Shown piece by piece: positions 63,554-64,000 of a DNA stretch of 64,000 nt. The position numbers were made by a program, and so were the translations under genes. The DNA is from Callorhinchus milii (lineage: Eukaryota). The stretch lies in NCBI RefSeq assembly GCF_018977255.1, contig NW_024704752.1, positions 19,344,001-19,408,000 of the forward strand. Direction: 5' to 3'. The notes under the pieces were generated by a model, which did not search any database, had not been told where the DNA came from, and saw only the letters and a program-made list of their open reading frames with translations. How positions within the stretch are numbered: the stretch's first letter is position 1; the number at the start of each line of letters is the position of its first letter.

Positions 63554-63799
63554 TTGTTATTCGATTGGCGGATCGCTTTTTCAGGGATAATAATCCCTTC
63601 AAAAAAATAATGATAATTTGGTCACTCAATCCACGACTGTTTGTGGGGACGCTGCTGTGCGCAATTGGCTGCCGTGTTTCACCCACAAAATATATACAGG
63701 CAATTAGTTTTACAGTGTATCCTGTGAAGCGCTTTGAGACGTCTCGAAAATGTGATAAGGCGCTGTATTATATCAAATGCAAGGATTATTATTATTATT
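63554..63799 (+). mobile_element. SINE-A (head-less) ending 27 nt before the splice acceptor
   Basis: GATTGGCGGATCGCTTTT..central block..tail (TTA)n. Confidence 0.9.
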
Positions 63800-63826
63800 G
63801 ATGAATTATTCTGTTTTCTTGTTTAG

Positions 63827-64000
63827 GAATTTTGCACAATTGGCTGCGGATTCAGACTCAGGCGAGGGGAGCGCTGCCTCACATGTTATGGAGCAGTGGG
63901 CTGCGTCTGGACTAATGGAAACCCGCTTAGTAAATTACACAGTGCTCCTGAGCTTGCCTGACGCCAAGCCAAACAGAATCACTCTGACAAACAGCAGCCA
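63827..64000 (+). CDS. NAALADL2: NAALADL2 next coding exon (human exon 3 equivalent), truncated by window end
   Basis: Acceptor ttctgttttcttgtttAG at 63825-26. Phase 2 junction AG+G=Arg, then NFAQLAADSDSGEGSAASHVMEQWAASGLMETRLVNYTVLLSLPDAKPNRITLTNSS, matching recalled human NLVQL..QWTSLGLEDVQFVNYSVLLDLPGPSPSTVTLSSS. No stops. Confidence 0.93.

Larger units (their letters stand above)
25699..63826 (+). other. NAALADL2: GT-AG intron of NAALADL2 (38,128 nt)
   Basis: Bounded by the two exons above with compatible phase; no intervening NAALADL2-like coding sequence seen. Confidence 0.88.

Noticed and set aside
63833-63847. Exon start TGCACAATTGGCTGC matches the SINE central motif
   Set aside because: Only about 15 nt and it encodes residues aligning with the orthologue (AQLA), so chance similarity rather than exonisation.

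Overview
Vertebrate genomic DNA, AT-rich and with no prokaryotic features. The repeat content points to a cartilaginous fish, possibly a chimaera or elephant shark; this is inference. The window lies inside a + strand NAALADL2 gene (inactive M28/PSMA-TfR family type II membrane protein). It holds one complete coding exon (25155-25698, equivalent to human exon 2), a 38.1-kb intron, and the start of the next coding exon (63827 to window end, missed by the ORF track). A possible upstream first exon lies near 13.85-13.95 kb. The rest is intronic: about 35 copies or fragments of a tRNA-head/CORE-like SINE (SINE-A), older Deu-domain SINEs, many L2 and CR1 LINE 3' fragments, a few DNA-transposon ends, a 37-bp minisatellite and microsatellites. 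Almost all other ORFs in the track are spurious or LINE remnants. I found no self-contained novel multi-gene system. The best leads are conserved trafficking motifs in the NAALADL2 cytoplasmic tail (including a kinesin-1 LEWD motif), the candidate first exon, and several unusual retroelement structures. Repeat boundaries are by eye (about +/-15 nt). Comparisons with human NAALADL2 and repeat consensuses are from memory, not database searches.
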